A stretch of 34,238 bases of DNA, from assembly GCA_947460225.1 (NCBI GenBank), contig CANHHI010000002.1, forward strand, positions 1 to 34,238, read 5' to 3'. Source of the stretch: Flavobacteriales bacterium (lineage in GTDB: Bacteria; Bacteroidota; Bacteroidia; Flavobacteriales_D; CANHHI01). Shown in pieces: positions 1 to 8,558 of the stretch. The notes beneath the pieces were generated by a model, which was given only the letters and a program-made list of their open reading frames with translations, made no database searches and was not told where the DNA came from. Within the stretch, counting starts at the first letter, position 1; every line of letters starts with the position of its first letter. The position numbers were made by a program, and so were the translations under genes.

Positions 1-2871
1 AACCTGAGTTTTTTGGGCTCGGAGTCTAACATTGTTTCATGGAGAATCCAACAAAAAACGCCGGGTAACCATGCTATAACTGGTGCAGTCATATCTGCTA
101 AGATTTGGAATGTACCTTCTCCCGCACCTACTACAATAGCTTTGACAGATGCATACAGAAGAGCAGCCATATCTTATGATGTTGCAGATTTATCAATTTC
201 AAATGGAGCTACAATAGAGCCTGGAAGTATATTTCCTATAAATAATCCACAACCCCCAGTTGGTTCATCTAATTCTAGTCATCCTAATGCGATTATCATT
301 AAAAGCCAGGATGGATATGCCACAAGTAGATACGGATTGGATGTAACCTATTTGTCAGAAGAGGCATTACTTACAGGAACACCAACGCTGAAACAAACGG
401 TAGGCACGAATAGTTTGTTAGACAACACTTCCTTGGATAAGACTGCTCAATTAACGATAGGCGCACCAACGGGAGATGTAGCAAATTTAAATATTGCAGC
501 ATCTTTTGGAGCCAATAGGTTTGTTAGTGGATATGGTTCTTTCCAACTCACATTTGTACCAAGCCTAAACGCAACAACACCTTCTGGTAATTCGCCTTTG
601 TTTCTATCTCTTGACAATGCGTCTGGAGCATCTATTATCAATAAGGACGATTTTATTACAGTGCTTTCAGAAGACCATAGAAAAAAGACCGTATATAGCC
701 TTAAATCTGTGCCTTTTTACAACAATGGTGTTAAGATAGACGATGGAAATAACATTAAGTTTAGATATAATTTTGCGCCTGATTTTGTTAATACTCTTGT
801 AACGGGCACAGTAAATGGGTCTAATATTACCTTAACCACGAAGTTGGTTAATGGCAAAGGCACATTAGCACTTGATCCGAATTCTTGGGTTTTGAATAAT
901 ACCACTGGTGTAAACAGTTCTTTGCTTGCTGATGTTCGTTTGTCTAATAATAGTCCGCAAAAGCCTATCCTTCAAGATCAAAACACTTGCTTGAATTGTG
1001 TTGTTGTTACATCTCAATCTGCTGTGCAAAGCCGACCTTACACGATAAGTTATAACTTCTTGTCTAGCGATGTGGCTCTGACCAGTCTCTCATTTAAACA
1101 GGGGGGTAAAACATTCAATTCAACTTCTGGTTTGGTTTTGGAGAATGCTACTGCAAATGGTGGAACTTACGTACTCAAAGGAGTTAAGCCTAATGCAAGT
1201 GTTCAGTTTAGTACACTTGCTACTGCGAATGGCAATACTGCGAAATATAACAATAACAACATTGTGCTAAACACAACGGCATTGACACAAGCAAATGCCG
1301 CAATACCAACAGATTTGAGTCAGCTTGTGATTTTATCAGAAGATAAGCAAAAATCGCTAACTTATTCGTTTAGAATTGAGTATTTGGTAAACTTAGAAAC
1401 TATTTCTTACGCTACTGCTGGTGCTGGTTTTGAAAAGAATAGAATTGGTGCAGGTGACTTTACTAAACCAGATTTATATGCCATAAGCAACTGGTTCACT
1501 GGTAATTATGCAATCACCCTAACATTTGGAGGTATTAATGCTAATGTCGGTCAAAACTTTACAAGTGCCCTTGCCAATTTAAGCGGTACTCTTTTTAGCA
1601 TAAATCAATATGTACCTATTTTAGATGGAGATAGAACATTAAAGGTAGAAATTAGAACCACTGGAACCAATCCTGTTCTTTTAGCAACTAGTGGCGATGT
1701 TACTGTAAAAAAAGAACAATACCTCATTAAAACATGGAGAGATTTGCAAGGTATGGAATATGACGTAACAGCCACAGCAAAATACAAACTGGATAGAGAC
1801 ATCACATTCCCTGCGGTTAATACTGATGGTTTTACTGGGTTTAGACCTATTCGAGGTCCAGGTACTATTTCTTATAATAATACAACAGGTGCTTTTAAGG
1901 GAGAATTAGATGGAAATTATAAAAAAATTATTAACCTAGATATACGCAATGTAGGTGATTTTGTTGGGCTTTTTGCCGCTGTACACGGTGCAAAGATTAG
2001 TAATTTGGTTTTTATGAAGCCTAATATAAATGCACCTACATCACATTATGTTGGTGTACTCACTGGACAAGCAGGTATTAGACCAAATAATAGCCCTGCT
2101 GTTACTGTTATATCTAATGTTGGTGTGGTTGGAGGATATGTTAATGCAAAAGGTCTTTTGGGTGGTTTAATAGGTATTTCTCGCAGTAGTTCTGAGCTTA
2201 ATAGATGTTTTTATATAGGCTCAATCAAAACAGAAGATGGAGATAGAACGGGTGGATTGGTTGGTGAGTTGCAAGGATTTGCAAGCATTTCTGATACTTT
2301 TATGTATGGCGAAATTCTTTCTGGCAATCTCACAACTTCTGCTCAACAAATGGGTGGTTTGATAGGTACTTTTTATGTTATTGATGGAGATACTTCTCCT
2401 AAGATTTTGAATAGTTTCGTTTTGGTCAATATGTCAGCGATTCTAGCACTTTCAGGCAATGCACAGAAAACGATAGGGTATATACAAGGTGAAAGCGTAT
2501 TGCCTGGCACTGCTTCAAGCCTAAATGCTTCGCTACCAGCTTCTATAAACTATAACACCATGAATAATAGTTTGAGTATATCCAATACGGACGTAACCTT
2601 AACTTGCGCATTATCATTTAGTCGTCTTACGGGTACTAATAGTGTACCTGGGTCTGGTCTTTGTGGAACAAGACAAGTACCTATGGCTACATTAAAAGCA
2701 GCAGTCGGCGTAAATGGGTTACTTAACACATTTAATGGCATAACTGCTGGATTATGGGATAAAGAAGTAGGTCTAACTAATAACTATATGGGCGGTTTAC
2801 CTTATCTAAAATGGATAAGAACCAATGCTCAACTCACGCAAGGCGAATTGTTGCAAGTAACATGGCAATAA
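1..2871 (+). CDS. Large surface/adhesin-like protein with C-terminal GLUG-motif repeats; 5' end cut by the window edge
   Basis: The frame is open from nt 1, with no stop before the TTG at 13 used by the ORF track. The stop is at 2869-2871. The sequence is Asn/Thr/Ser/Gly-rich. Residues ~640-800 carry G-G-L-[IV]-G-type units about every 30 aa (VGLFAAVHG, VGVLTGQAG, LLGGLIGIS, TGGLVGEL, MGGLIGTF), as in GLUG-motif adhesins/proteases. Confidence 0.6.
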   Translation, partial: NLSFLGSESNIVSWRIQQKTPGNHAITGAVISAKIWNVPSPAPTTIALTDAYRRAAISYDVADLSISNGATIEPGSIFPINNPQPPVGSSNSSHPNAIIIKSQDGYATSRYGLDVTYLSEEALLTGTPTLKQTVGTNSLLDNTSLDKTAQLTIGAPTGDVANLNIAASFGANRFVSGYGSFQLTFVPSLNATTPSGNSPLFLSLDNASGASIINKDDFITVLSEDHRKKTVYSLKSVPFYNNGVKIDDGNNIKFRYNFAPDFVNTLVTGTVNGSNITLTTKLVNGKGTLALDPNSWVLNNTTGVNSSLLADVRLSNNSPQKPILQDQNTCLNCVVVTSQSAVQSRPYTISYNFLSSDVALTSLSFKQGGKTFNSTSGLVLENATANGGTYVLKGVKPNASVQFSTLATANGNTAKYNNNNIVLNTTALTQANAAIPTDLSQLVILSEDKQKSLTYSFRIEYLVNLETISYATAGAGFEKNRIGAGDFTKPDLYAISNWFTGNYAITLTFGGINANVGQNFTSALANLSGTLFSINQYVPILDGDRTLKVEIRTTGTNPVLLATSGDVTVKKEQYLIKTWRDLQGMEYDVTATAKYKLDRDITFPAVNTDGFTGFRPIRGPGTISYNNTTGAFKGELDGNYKKIINLDIRNVGDFVGLFAAVHGAKISNLVFMKPNINAPTSHYVGVLTGQAGIRPNNSPAVTVISNVGVVGGYVNAKGLLGGLIGISRSSSELNRCFYIGSIKTEDGDRTGGLVGELQGFASISDTFMYGEILSGNLTTSAQQMGGLIGTFYVIDGDTSPKILNSFVLVNMSAILALSGNAQKTIGYIQGESVLPGTASSLNASLPASINYNTMNNSLSISNTDVTLTCALSFSRLTGTNSVPGSGLCGTRQVPMATLKAAVGVNGLLNTFNGITAGLWDKEVGLTNNYMGGLPYLKWIRTNAQLTQGELLQVTWQ

Positions 2872-2894
2872 GAGATAAAAAAATAAACAAAAGA

Positions 2895-2919
2895 AAAGAC
2901 TGCTATTCCAGCAGTCTTT
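2895..2919. terminator. Bidirectional hairpin between convergent genes
   Basis: aaagactgc (2895-2903) pairs perfectly with gcagtcttt (2911-2919) around a 7-nt loop. Both flanks are T-rich on their respective strands. The hairpin overlaps the last codons of the minus-strand ORF. Confidence 0.4.
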
Positions 2920-3259
2920 CTTGTTCAAAGTAATACACCATGGCGTCTTTCATGAGCCGTTCTTGTTCGCTTTGGTCTAGGGGCGGGAGTTCTTCTATTT
3001 GTTTGTAATGCGCCCAGCCTGCATCGTCCAAGCCTTCCAGTTCGTAGTAGCCATAAGGCGTAAGTAGTCTGCAAACGGCTAAGTGCATCAAATCTATCTT
3101 TTCTTGCTTTTTAAACTTGCGCACTTGCCCCAATTCCCTTACGCCAATTAAAAAAATCATGCTCTGCAAATCTATTACAGTGCCTTGGGTTTTGGCAAAA
3201 AACCGCACCACTTGGGCGTATTTTTTTTCCAGTTCTAAATCTATGTATTTTTTTTCCAT
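2903..3259 (-). CDS. Hypothetical cytoplasmic protein (118 aa), function unknown
   Basis: Clean ATG ORF with backbone-like composition, divergent from cvpA. I recognise no motif. Confidence 0.55.
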   Translation of the reverse strand: MEKKYIDLELEKKYAQVVRFFAKTQGTVIDLQSMIFLIGVRELGQVRKFKKQEKIDLMHLAVCRLLTPYGYYELEGLDDAGWAHYKQIEELPPLDQSEQERLMKDAMVYYFEQERLLE

Positions 3260-3269
3260 GAAAAAACGC

Positions 3270-3277
3270 TAACTTTG
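3270..3277 (+). promoter_or_regulatory. Bacteroidota-type -7 box (TAACTTTG) upstream of cvpA
   Basis: Matches the TAnnTTTG consensus, 29 nt upstream of the ATG at 3307. Confidence 0.35.
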
Positions 3278-3306
3278 CCACAAATTTACGAACAAAATAA
3301 CAGAAT

Positions 3307-3840
3307 ATGAATATATTGGATTTGATTATTGTCTTGCCTTTGATTTGGGCAACTTACCAAGGTTACCAAAATGGCTTTTGGCAATCTGTGGGGCAGTTTT
3401 TTGCCGTTTTTTTAGCCATTTTGGGCGCAGTGCGCTATGGTGCTTATTTTGAAGCGAACATATTGCAAACATGGACACAAGTGCAAGGCTTTGAGAAAAT
3501 TATCGCTTTTGTGCTGGTATTCTTTGTGCTCTTGCTGATTTTTTATGTGTGTATATGGCTTTTGGCAAACAAAATTTTTCCGCTTCTGCGCTTGGTTTGG
3601 TTAGACAAAACCCTTGGTGCAGTGGTGAGTTTTTTAAAAACAGCCTTGTTTTTAGGCATCATTTTGCTCCTTTTAGACTGGGCAGATAGCCAGCATCACT
3701 ACGTGATTTCTTCACGCATCAAACAGGGTTCTTTTTTCTACGGCATGCTCGTAAACTTTGCAGAGCAAGTTATTGCTTTGCTTGCACAAAATAGTTACGT
3801 GATAGACTTGCGCAATCAACTCAAACATTTGGCAGAGTAA
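3307..3840 (+). CDS. cvpA: CvpA-family membrane protein
   Basis: 177 aa with four hydrophobic helices. The N-terminus MNILDLIIVLPLIWATYQGYQNGF follows the CvpA pattern (M..lD.ii....l.....G...GF). Confidence 0.65.
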   Translation: MNILDLIIVLPLIWATYQGYQNGFWQSVGQFFAVFLAILGAVRYGAYFEANILQTWTQVQGFEKIIAFVLVFFVLLLIFYVCIWLLANKIFPLLRLVWLDKTLGAVVSFLKTALFLGIILLLLDWADSQHHYVISSRIKQGSFFYGMLVNFAEQVIALLAQNSYVIDLRNQLKHLAE

Positions 3841-3941
3841 CGGTCAGAGACCGTTTTAATCTGCCTACGGCAGGGCAGGCGGACATTGTCCGTTTTAATC
3901 TGCTTCGCAGGCTCGATATCCCAGCGATGAAAACGCCTGCG
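3841..3941 (+). repeat. R2 palindromic intergenic repeat: a half unit (3841-3874) plus a full 61-bp copy (3881-3941)
   Basis: Unit structure is a small hairpin (cggtc-aga-gaccg or ggac-att-gtcc), then GTTTTAATCTGC-NNN-GCAGG. The 61-bp stretch 3881-3941 matches the reverse complement of 14283-14343 at roughly 80% by eye. The first hairpin plus the TTTT run may also terminate cvpA. Confidence 0.6.
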
Positions 3942-4007
3942 CCAAAGGCGCAGATAACGTACAGGGTTTGCCTGTTTTTTTTGTTATATTTGTCGGAAAA
4001 TTTTATT

Positions 4008-4670
4008 ATGTTGTATATTGTCCCCACGCCGATTGGCAATTTAGAAGATATTACGTTTAGGGCTTTGCGCATACTCAAAGAAGTAGATACGATTTTGGCG
4101 GAAGACACCCGCCAAAGCAAAATTCTGCTCAACCATTATCAAATCCAAACGACTTTGTATAGCTACCACATGCACAATGAACATCGCATTGTGAAACATT
4201 GGGCAGAAAAAATAGCAGAAGGCGCAAATATTGCGCTCATTTCCGATGCAGGCACGCCCGCTATTTCCGACCCCGGTTTTTTGCTGGTGCGGGAGGCACT
4301 TGCTTTGGGCGTAAAAGTGGAATGTCTGCCTGGTGCTACGGCTTTTGTGCCTGCTTTGGTGCAGTCTGGATTTCCTTCGGAGCGTTTTTTATTTGAAGGC
4401 TTTTTGCCTTTGAAAAAAGGCAGGCAAACACGCATTTTGTCTTTTGCCAAGGAAAGCCGAACCGTGGTGATGTATGAATCCCCGCATCGCATTATCAAAT
4501 TGGTGGAGGAAATTGTTCAGCTATTGGGGGCAAATCGGGAGCTGGCTTTGTGCCGAGAAATCAGCAAAAAGTTCCAGGAAACTTTAATTATGCCCGCCGA
4601 TGGTTTGCTGATGCACCTGAAAAACTATCCCCCAAAAGGAGAAATCGTGTTGGTGCTAAAAGGCGTTTAG
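4008..4670 (+). CDS. rsmI: 16S rRNA (cytidine1402-2'-O)-methyltransferase RsmI
   Basis: MLYIVPTPIGNLEDIT N-terminus, SDAGTPAISDPG, YESPHR. The start is trimmed from the track's 3927 to the ATG at 4008, because the upstream extension lies inside the R2 repeat. Confidence 0.9.
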   Translation: MLYIVPTPIGNLEDITFRALRILKEVDTILAEDTRQSKILLNHYQIQTTLYSYHMHNEHRIVKHWAEKIAEGANIALISDAGTPAISDPGFLLVREALALGVKVECLPGATAFVPALVQSGFPSERFLFEGFLPLKKGRQTRILSFAKESRTVVMYESPHRIIKLVEEIVQLLGANRELALCREISKKFQETLIMPADGLLMHLKNYPPKGEIVLVLKGV

Positions 4671-5327
4671 TTTCCCTGCTCTTGCCAAAGTCGCCACCGA
4701 TAGTTGGAGGTGTGGATTTTTTTGCAAAATACACAAAGCCAGTGCCTCCAAAGTGCTACCCGTTGTAAAGACATCATCTATGAGCAAAACGTGTTTTGCC
4801 GTAATTTCTGCTGTGCAGGCAAAACTATTTTTGACATGCAAAAACCTTTGCAAAGCATTTTTATTGGTTTGCGATTCCCCATGGGTCTTACGTTGCAACA
4901 TATCCCTGCCAAGGGGAATAGCCAAAACTTCTGCCACACCTTTGGCTATTTCTTCGCTTTGGTTATAGCCCCTTTGGCGCAATTTTTGCGCATGCAAAGG
5001 TACTGGAAGCAATAAATCCCATTTTTGATTTGTTTCTTGGAGCAAATGCCCCAGCCACCTGCCCATTTCTTGTGCCAAGCGTGGATTATTTTTGTATTTA
5101 ATTTCGTGTAAAATGCCTTGCACACGGCTTTGTTTTTGATAATCAAACAAATGCCAAAGCCCTTGAAAAGCCACCAAGCCATTTTGCCTGGCTCTATTTT
5201 GGCATAAAGTGAGAAACTCGGGGCTTTGGGTGGGTAATTTTGCCCGACAAGAAAGACAAATATAGCCCTCAGCCAACACTTCGGCGCAAAACAAACAGGT
5301 TGGCACTTGGCTTGCATGCCTGTACAT
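4656..5327 (-). CDS. comF: ComF-family protein (phosphoribosyltransferase fold with N-terminal zinc ribbon)
   Basis: CLFCAE...CLSCRAKL double CxxC plus the PRTase motif VLLIDDVFTTGSTL. The start is trimmed to the ATG at 5327 (M29 of the track ORF), which removes the overlap with the upstream gene. Confidence 0.8.
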   Translation of the reverse strand: MYRHASQVPTCLFCAEVLAEGYICLSCRAKLPTQSPEFLTLCQNRARQNGLVAFQGLWHLFDYQKQSRVQGILHEIKYKNNPRLAQEMGRWLGHLLQETNQKWDLLLPVPLHAQKLRQRGYNQSEEIAKGVAEVLAIPLGRDMLQRKTHGESQTNKNALQRFLHVKNSFACTAEITAKHVLLIDDVFTTGSTLEALALCILQKNPHLQLSVATLARAGKLNAF

Positions 5328-5343
5328 GTTTTGCCAAAATTGC

Positions 5344-7437
5344 CTAAAAGCCGTAGCGAAGGTATGCCTTGATTTCTGATTTGGTGTTTCCTCTAATTTC
5401 TTCATAACCACTGCCCAAAGTTTCTTTGTTGTTGTAAATGCTCGTGCTTAAACGCACCCAGGTTTCCAAGCCCTTGTAAACTTTACATTTCAGCATCAAA
5501 TACAGCCGATGCGAGGTTTCGTAGTACGGCACAATGGAAAACGTGGCAGGCACATCGCTTTCATAGGCGTAAATGCGGGTGTCATAGTCATCTGTTTGAA
5601 TGATTGCGTATCTAAATTTTGCCTGTACAGGAAAAGATTTTGGGCTGAAATCTATATCTTGCAAAAGTACATAACCAAATCTTGTGCCTTTATGGTCTTG
5701 TACGGCTCTGGTCTCGGCACGGCTCTGCGCCCGAAAATACCCAAACAAGGGGTAGGTAACGTTGAGCCTAAAATTGTGCTGGTTTTGCCATGCCACGGCA
5801 AATGTGGGCGCAGTCTCGGTATAAGTGTAAATCTTGCGTTTGTAGCGATATTTGATGTAAAATTGATAATACTTTCGGTAATTGTAATTGAGTTGGCTCA
5901 AAAAATCCATGCCCTCCCCTGGCGTTTGCACGCTATACGTGAGCCAAGGTTGCCGAAAAAAATCCAGGTAATTTTGCCATTGCAAACGACTGGTAAAATC
6001 TACCTGCACACCCAAATAAATGCCTTTTTCATTGTTGGCATCATAGCTTTCGCCAAAGGCACGGGCGTAAAAAGCATGATAATTCGGTGCATAATCTCTA
6101 TACAGCAAACTCAAAGACACTTTTTTGTGCAAGGAAGCCACCAAACCCTGCAAAATAGCATAGCCCAAACTTTCAGACATTGCCAGCTCACCAAAAAGAT
6201 AGACGCTAGACCAAGTCAAGCGATAATCCAAACCCAAGTTATAATTTTGATTGCCCGAAAATTTGTACAAATTATAGGGTGCATCATCTGGCTTTTGCGT
6301 TTTATTCCAATGGATATAACTGCCCGTAAAGCCCATTTGAAAAAGACTGCGTTTGTATTGCAAATACATCGCCGTGAGTGCCTCTTGAATTTGATTGCGC
6401 TTTTTAAAAGAATTGGCGGTATTGTGGTAATTGGACAAACTAAAATTGCTAAAATTTTCCTCCAAACCGCTTTCCGCCGTGCTGTCTATGGGATTAACCA
6501 CCGCATCTTTATGGCGATATGAACCCAGCACAGTCAGTTCTAGGTTTTTGTGCAAAGACAAAGTCATTGCCAAACCTCGCAAATACTGATACTCGTTTAA
6601 AGAGCGGTAGGGCTTTAAAATGGACGCATTTTTTTCCACCTGCAAAACTTGAGCGGTTTTGCCAAAACCCAATCCCGACCAAAAAGTTAAGCCCTGCCCA
6701 AATTCGGCATGAAAATCGCCCACCGCCAAAGTTTTCACAAAACCCAAATCCCGCATGAAAAAATGCGCACTGTAAAAGTCAAAACCATATTTCCAATACG
6801 GATTCTGAAACATTTTCTCCCCTTGGTCTTCGCTAGCAGTAACGCCCACACTCAAACGGTTTTGCACCGAAAACCGATAACGCAGAAAAAACTTATCTGG
6901 ATTGCCCAAATATTTTTTCTCTATGGGTTTTTCATTGCCTTGTTTGTCCAGTTTTCTATATCCTTCTTGGGTTTCTAAAATCCGCCCATACCTCGCCGTT
7001 AATTCGTGTCGTCCTTTTTCTTTGAGCAATTTGTAGCTCCAAGGCGTACGCAAAACAGGCGCAACTTGCACATACAGCTTTAATTTCTGTAATAAAGGCA
7101 TATCCAAAGCCTCAATATTTTGCAGTTCATATAAATTGATGAAATTGCCAAATTTTCTGCGGTGATGCAAAATGGCATGAATCTGCAAAGGGCTCAAAAA
7201 AGGGATTTTTTGCAAATCTTCCGCACTGGCTTTATTCAAAGAAACGGGGTTTTCCCGCAAATAATTCAAATCCTCTTGAATTTCTACCAAATCCAACTCC
7301 TGTTCGCCCATGCTCTCGGCGATGTCTTCCAAAGTTTGCTCAAAAGAACGGTCTAAAAACTCGTTTAAGCTATCTTTTTCCTGTGCAAATAGCTTGCCTA
7401 TACTCAAAAAGGCAAATAAAAACCAATAAAAACGCAT
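5344..7437 (-). CDS. Outer-membrane beta-barrel protein with an N-terminal ComEA-like helix-hairpin-helix (HhH) module
   Basis: Signal peptide MRFYWFLFAFLSIGKLFAQ. The HhH region is ASAEDLQKIPFLSPLQIHAILHHRRKFGNFINLYELQNIEALDMPLLQKL. About 560 aa of Tyr/Gly-rich alternating beta-strand pattern follow, ending in the OMP-type C-terminus YLRYGF. The start is trimmed to 7437. Confidence 0.7.
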   Translation of the reverse strand: MRFYWFLFAFLSIGKLFAQEKDSLNEFLDRSFEQTLEDIAESMGEQELDLVEIQEDLNYLRENPVSLNKASAEDLQKIPFLSPLQIHAILHHRRKFGNFINLYELQNIEALDMPLLQKLKLYVQVAPVLRTPWSYKLLKEKGRHELTARYGRILETQEGYRKLDKQGNEKPIEKKYLGNPDKFFLRYRFSVQNRLSVGVTASEDQGEKMFQNPYWKYGFDFYSAHFFMRDLGFVKTLAVGDFHAEFGQGLTFWSGLGFGKTAQVLQVEKNASILKPYRSLNEYQYLRGLAMTLSLHKNLELTVLGSYRHKDAVVNPIDSTAESGLEENFSNFSLSNYHNTANSFKKRNQIQEALTAMYLQYKRSLFQMGFTGSYIHWNKTQKPDDAPYNLYKFSGNQNYNLGLDYRLTWSSVYLFGELAMSESLGYAILQGLVASLHKKVSLSLLYRDYAPNYHAFYARAFGESYDANNEKGIYLGVQVDFTSRLQWQNYLDFFRQPWLTYSVQTPGEGMDFLSQLNYNYRKYYQFYIKYRYKRKIYTYTETAPTFAVAWQNQHNFRLNVTYPLFGYFRAQSRAETRAVQDHKGTRFGYVLLQDIDFSPKSFPVQAKFRYAIIQTDDYDTRIYAYESDVPATFSIVPYYETSHRLYLMLKCKVYKGLETWVRLSTSIYNNKETLGSGYEEIRGNTKSEIKAYLRYGF

Positions 7438-7454
7438 AAAGTAAAAACATAAGG

Positions 7455-7462
7455 CAAAAATA
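7455..7462 (-). promoter_or_regulatory. -7 box (TATTTTTG on the minus strand) for the HhH-barrel gene
   Basis: Matches TAnnTTTG, 17 nt upstream of the ATG at 7437 and downstream of the cassette terminator. Confidence 0.35.
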
Positions 7463-7494
7463 CAAATTTTATGCAAATACGCATCTAAAAACAC

Positions 7495-7522
7495 GAAAAA
7501 AATCGCCCTAATAGGCGATTTT
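7495..7522 (-). terminator. Intrinsic terminator closing the ParA/AlbA_2 cassette
   Basis: On the minus strand: stem aatcgcc / ggcgatt (7501-7507 / 7514-7520, extendable by A:T pairs), a 6-nt loop, then a run of 7 T. It sits 64 nt past the ParA-like stop. Confidence 0.6.
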
Positions 7523-7585
7523 GAAAATTGAAAACCGCTTTTAATCCTCTTCACGAAATAGATTCCAGCGATTAAAACACTTACA

Positions 7586-8557
7586 TTATTTACACTTATT
7601 TAGAATGTTTATTGTTAACGACTTAAATTCCTCATAACTCTTTTGAACAGCATAAAGATGCGCACCAATTGCACCATCGGCAGGTTTCAAAAGAAAAATT
7701 GGTTTGTTTGATTCCATGGACATAGGGGCTAAACTCCTATAATGTTTTAATAAGGCAATACAATTGTTGTCATTGTCAACAGATTTTACATCTAACTTGT
7801 TTCCTAAAACGTACTCTGAAAATATGGCTGGTATTCTATTTGCCCATTTTAGATATGATTTTACAGGGCTACTTTCTTTTGCGGAATATTGCATGACGAT
7901 ATAACCAATTGGCGTTGAATTTTTTGAAGGTATTTCAAAAGCAACATCCTTTGGTTTTCGTTGTACACGATCTTGCCAATCTATTTTCCATTTTTGTAAT
8001 GTTTGCCCTAAATTTTTTATACCTTGTAGAGAAAATAAATCAGAAGCTACTGGCATTATTATAAAATCCGAACTAATGGTTACCGCCCTGTTAATAGCAC
8101 CTAAATTTGGTCCAACATCTATTAAAACAATCTCCGCACCAAAACGACTAACGGCATCGTTGATAATCGTATTAAAAATACTAGTTAGTTTAAAAGCATA
8201 AGCATCTCCCCCTAATGATTTGAGCCAAGCATCGCTTAACTTATCTTCAAAAACTGAAAGAGAAAGATTACCAAGAATCAAACCTAGGTTATCACTAATA
8301 TTCTCTATATGAACAGGCTTATAAGGCTCTCCTGATACAACAGGATTAATAGAATCAAGAATTGTTAGAGACAAATCTCGTTCATAAACCTCTTCAAGAC
8401 GTTCAGGCGTCAAGAACATTGAGGTCAAATTTGACTGCGGGTCTAAATCAATGGCAATTGTTTTTATACCAAGTTCTGAAAGCATCCACGCAACATGGTA
8501 TACGGTTGTGGTTTTACCTACACCGCCCTTATTGTTAAAAAATATGATGGATTTCAT
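7586..8557 (-). CDS. Orphan ParA/MinD-family deviant Walker-A ATPase (323 aa)
   Basis: FNNKGGVGKTTT (deviant Walker A at aa 10-17), IDLDPQ (A'), VLIDVGP (Walker B). It is about 70 aa longer than Soj-size ParAs, from memory. The start lies 1 nt after the upstream stop (TAA-A-ATG). Confidence 0.85.
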   Translation of the reverse strand: MKSIIFFNNKGGVGKTTTVYHVAWMLSELGIKTIAIDLDPQSNLTSMFLTPERLEEVYERDLSLTILDSINPVVSGEPYKPVHIENISDNLGLILGNLSLSVFEDKLSDAWLKSLGGDAYAFKLTSIFNTIINDAVSRFGAEIVLIDVGPNLGAINRAVTISSDFIIMPVASDLFSLQGIKNLGQTLQKWKIDWQDRVQRKPKDVAFEIPSKNSTPIGYIVMQYSAKESSPVKSYLKWANRIPAIFSEYVLGNKLDVKSVDNDNNCIALLKHYRSLAPMSMESNKPIFLLKPADGAIGAHLYAVQKSYEEFKSLTINILNKCK

Positions 8558-8558
8558 T

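Noticed and set aside
3849-3912. The two GTTTTAATCTGC-containing units looked at first like CRISPR repeats.
   Set aside because: There are only two adjacent units, separated by about 10 nt rather than 25-50 nt spacers. The third copy is 10 kb away and inverted, and no cas genes are present. This fits a REP-like palindromic repeat, not an array.
3927-4007. N-terminal extensions in the ORF track: rsmI from 3927, HhH-barrel from 7554, comF from 5411, NUDIX from 17812, the 17681 ORF, typA from 27893 and the DMT transporter from 14230.
   Set aside because: The extensions run through repeats or promoter regions, overlap neighbouring genes, or precede the conserved family N-terminus or signal peptide. 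Internal ATGs (4008, 7437, 5327, 17734, 17768, 27851, 14206) give canonical N-termini.
5509-6522. A 337-aa plus-strand ORF antisense to the HhH-barrel gene. Similar long antisense ORFs lie at 10551-11201 (in bamA), 21619-22137 (in acs), 26460-27182 and 26740-27219 (in typA), and 30037-30636 (in sucA).
   Set aside because: Each lies wholly inside a gene with strong, recognisable family motifs on the other strand. Their translations are low-complexity, Cys/His/Phe-rich and motif-free, which is typical of shadow ORFs.
7586-8557. The ParA-like gene as the chromosomal soj/parA partition gene.
   Set aside because: There is no adjacent parB and no origin-proximal context such as dnaA, gidA/gidB or rnpA. 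The gene has atypical length and AT-rich composition, and it is translationally coupled to an AlbA_2-HATPase gene instead.
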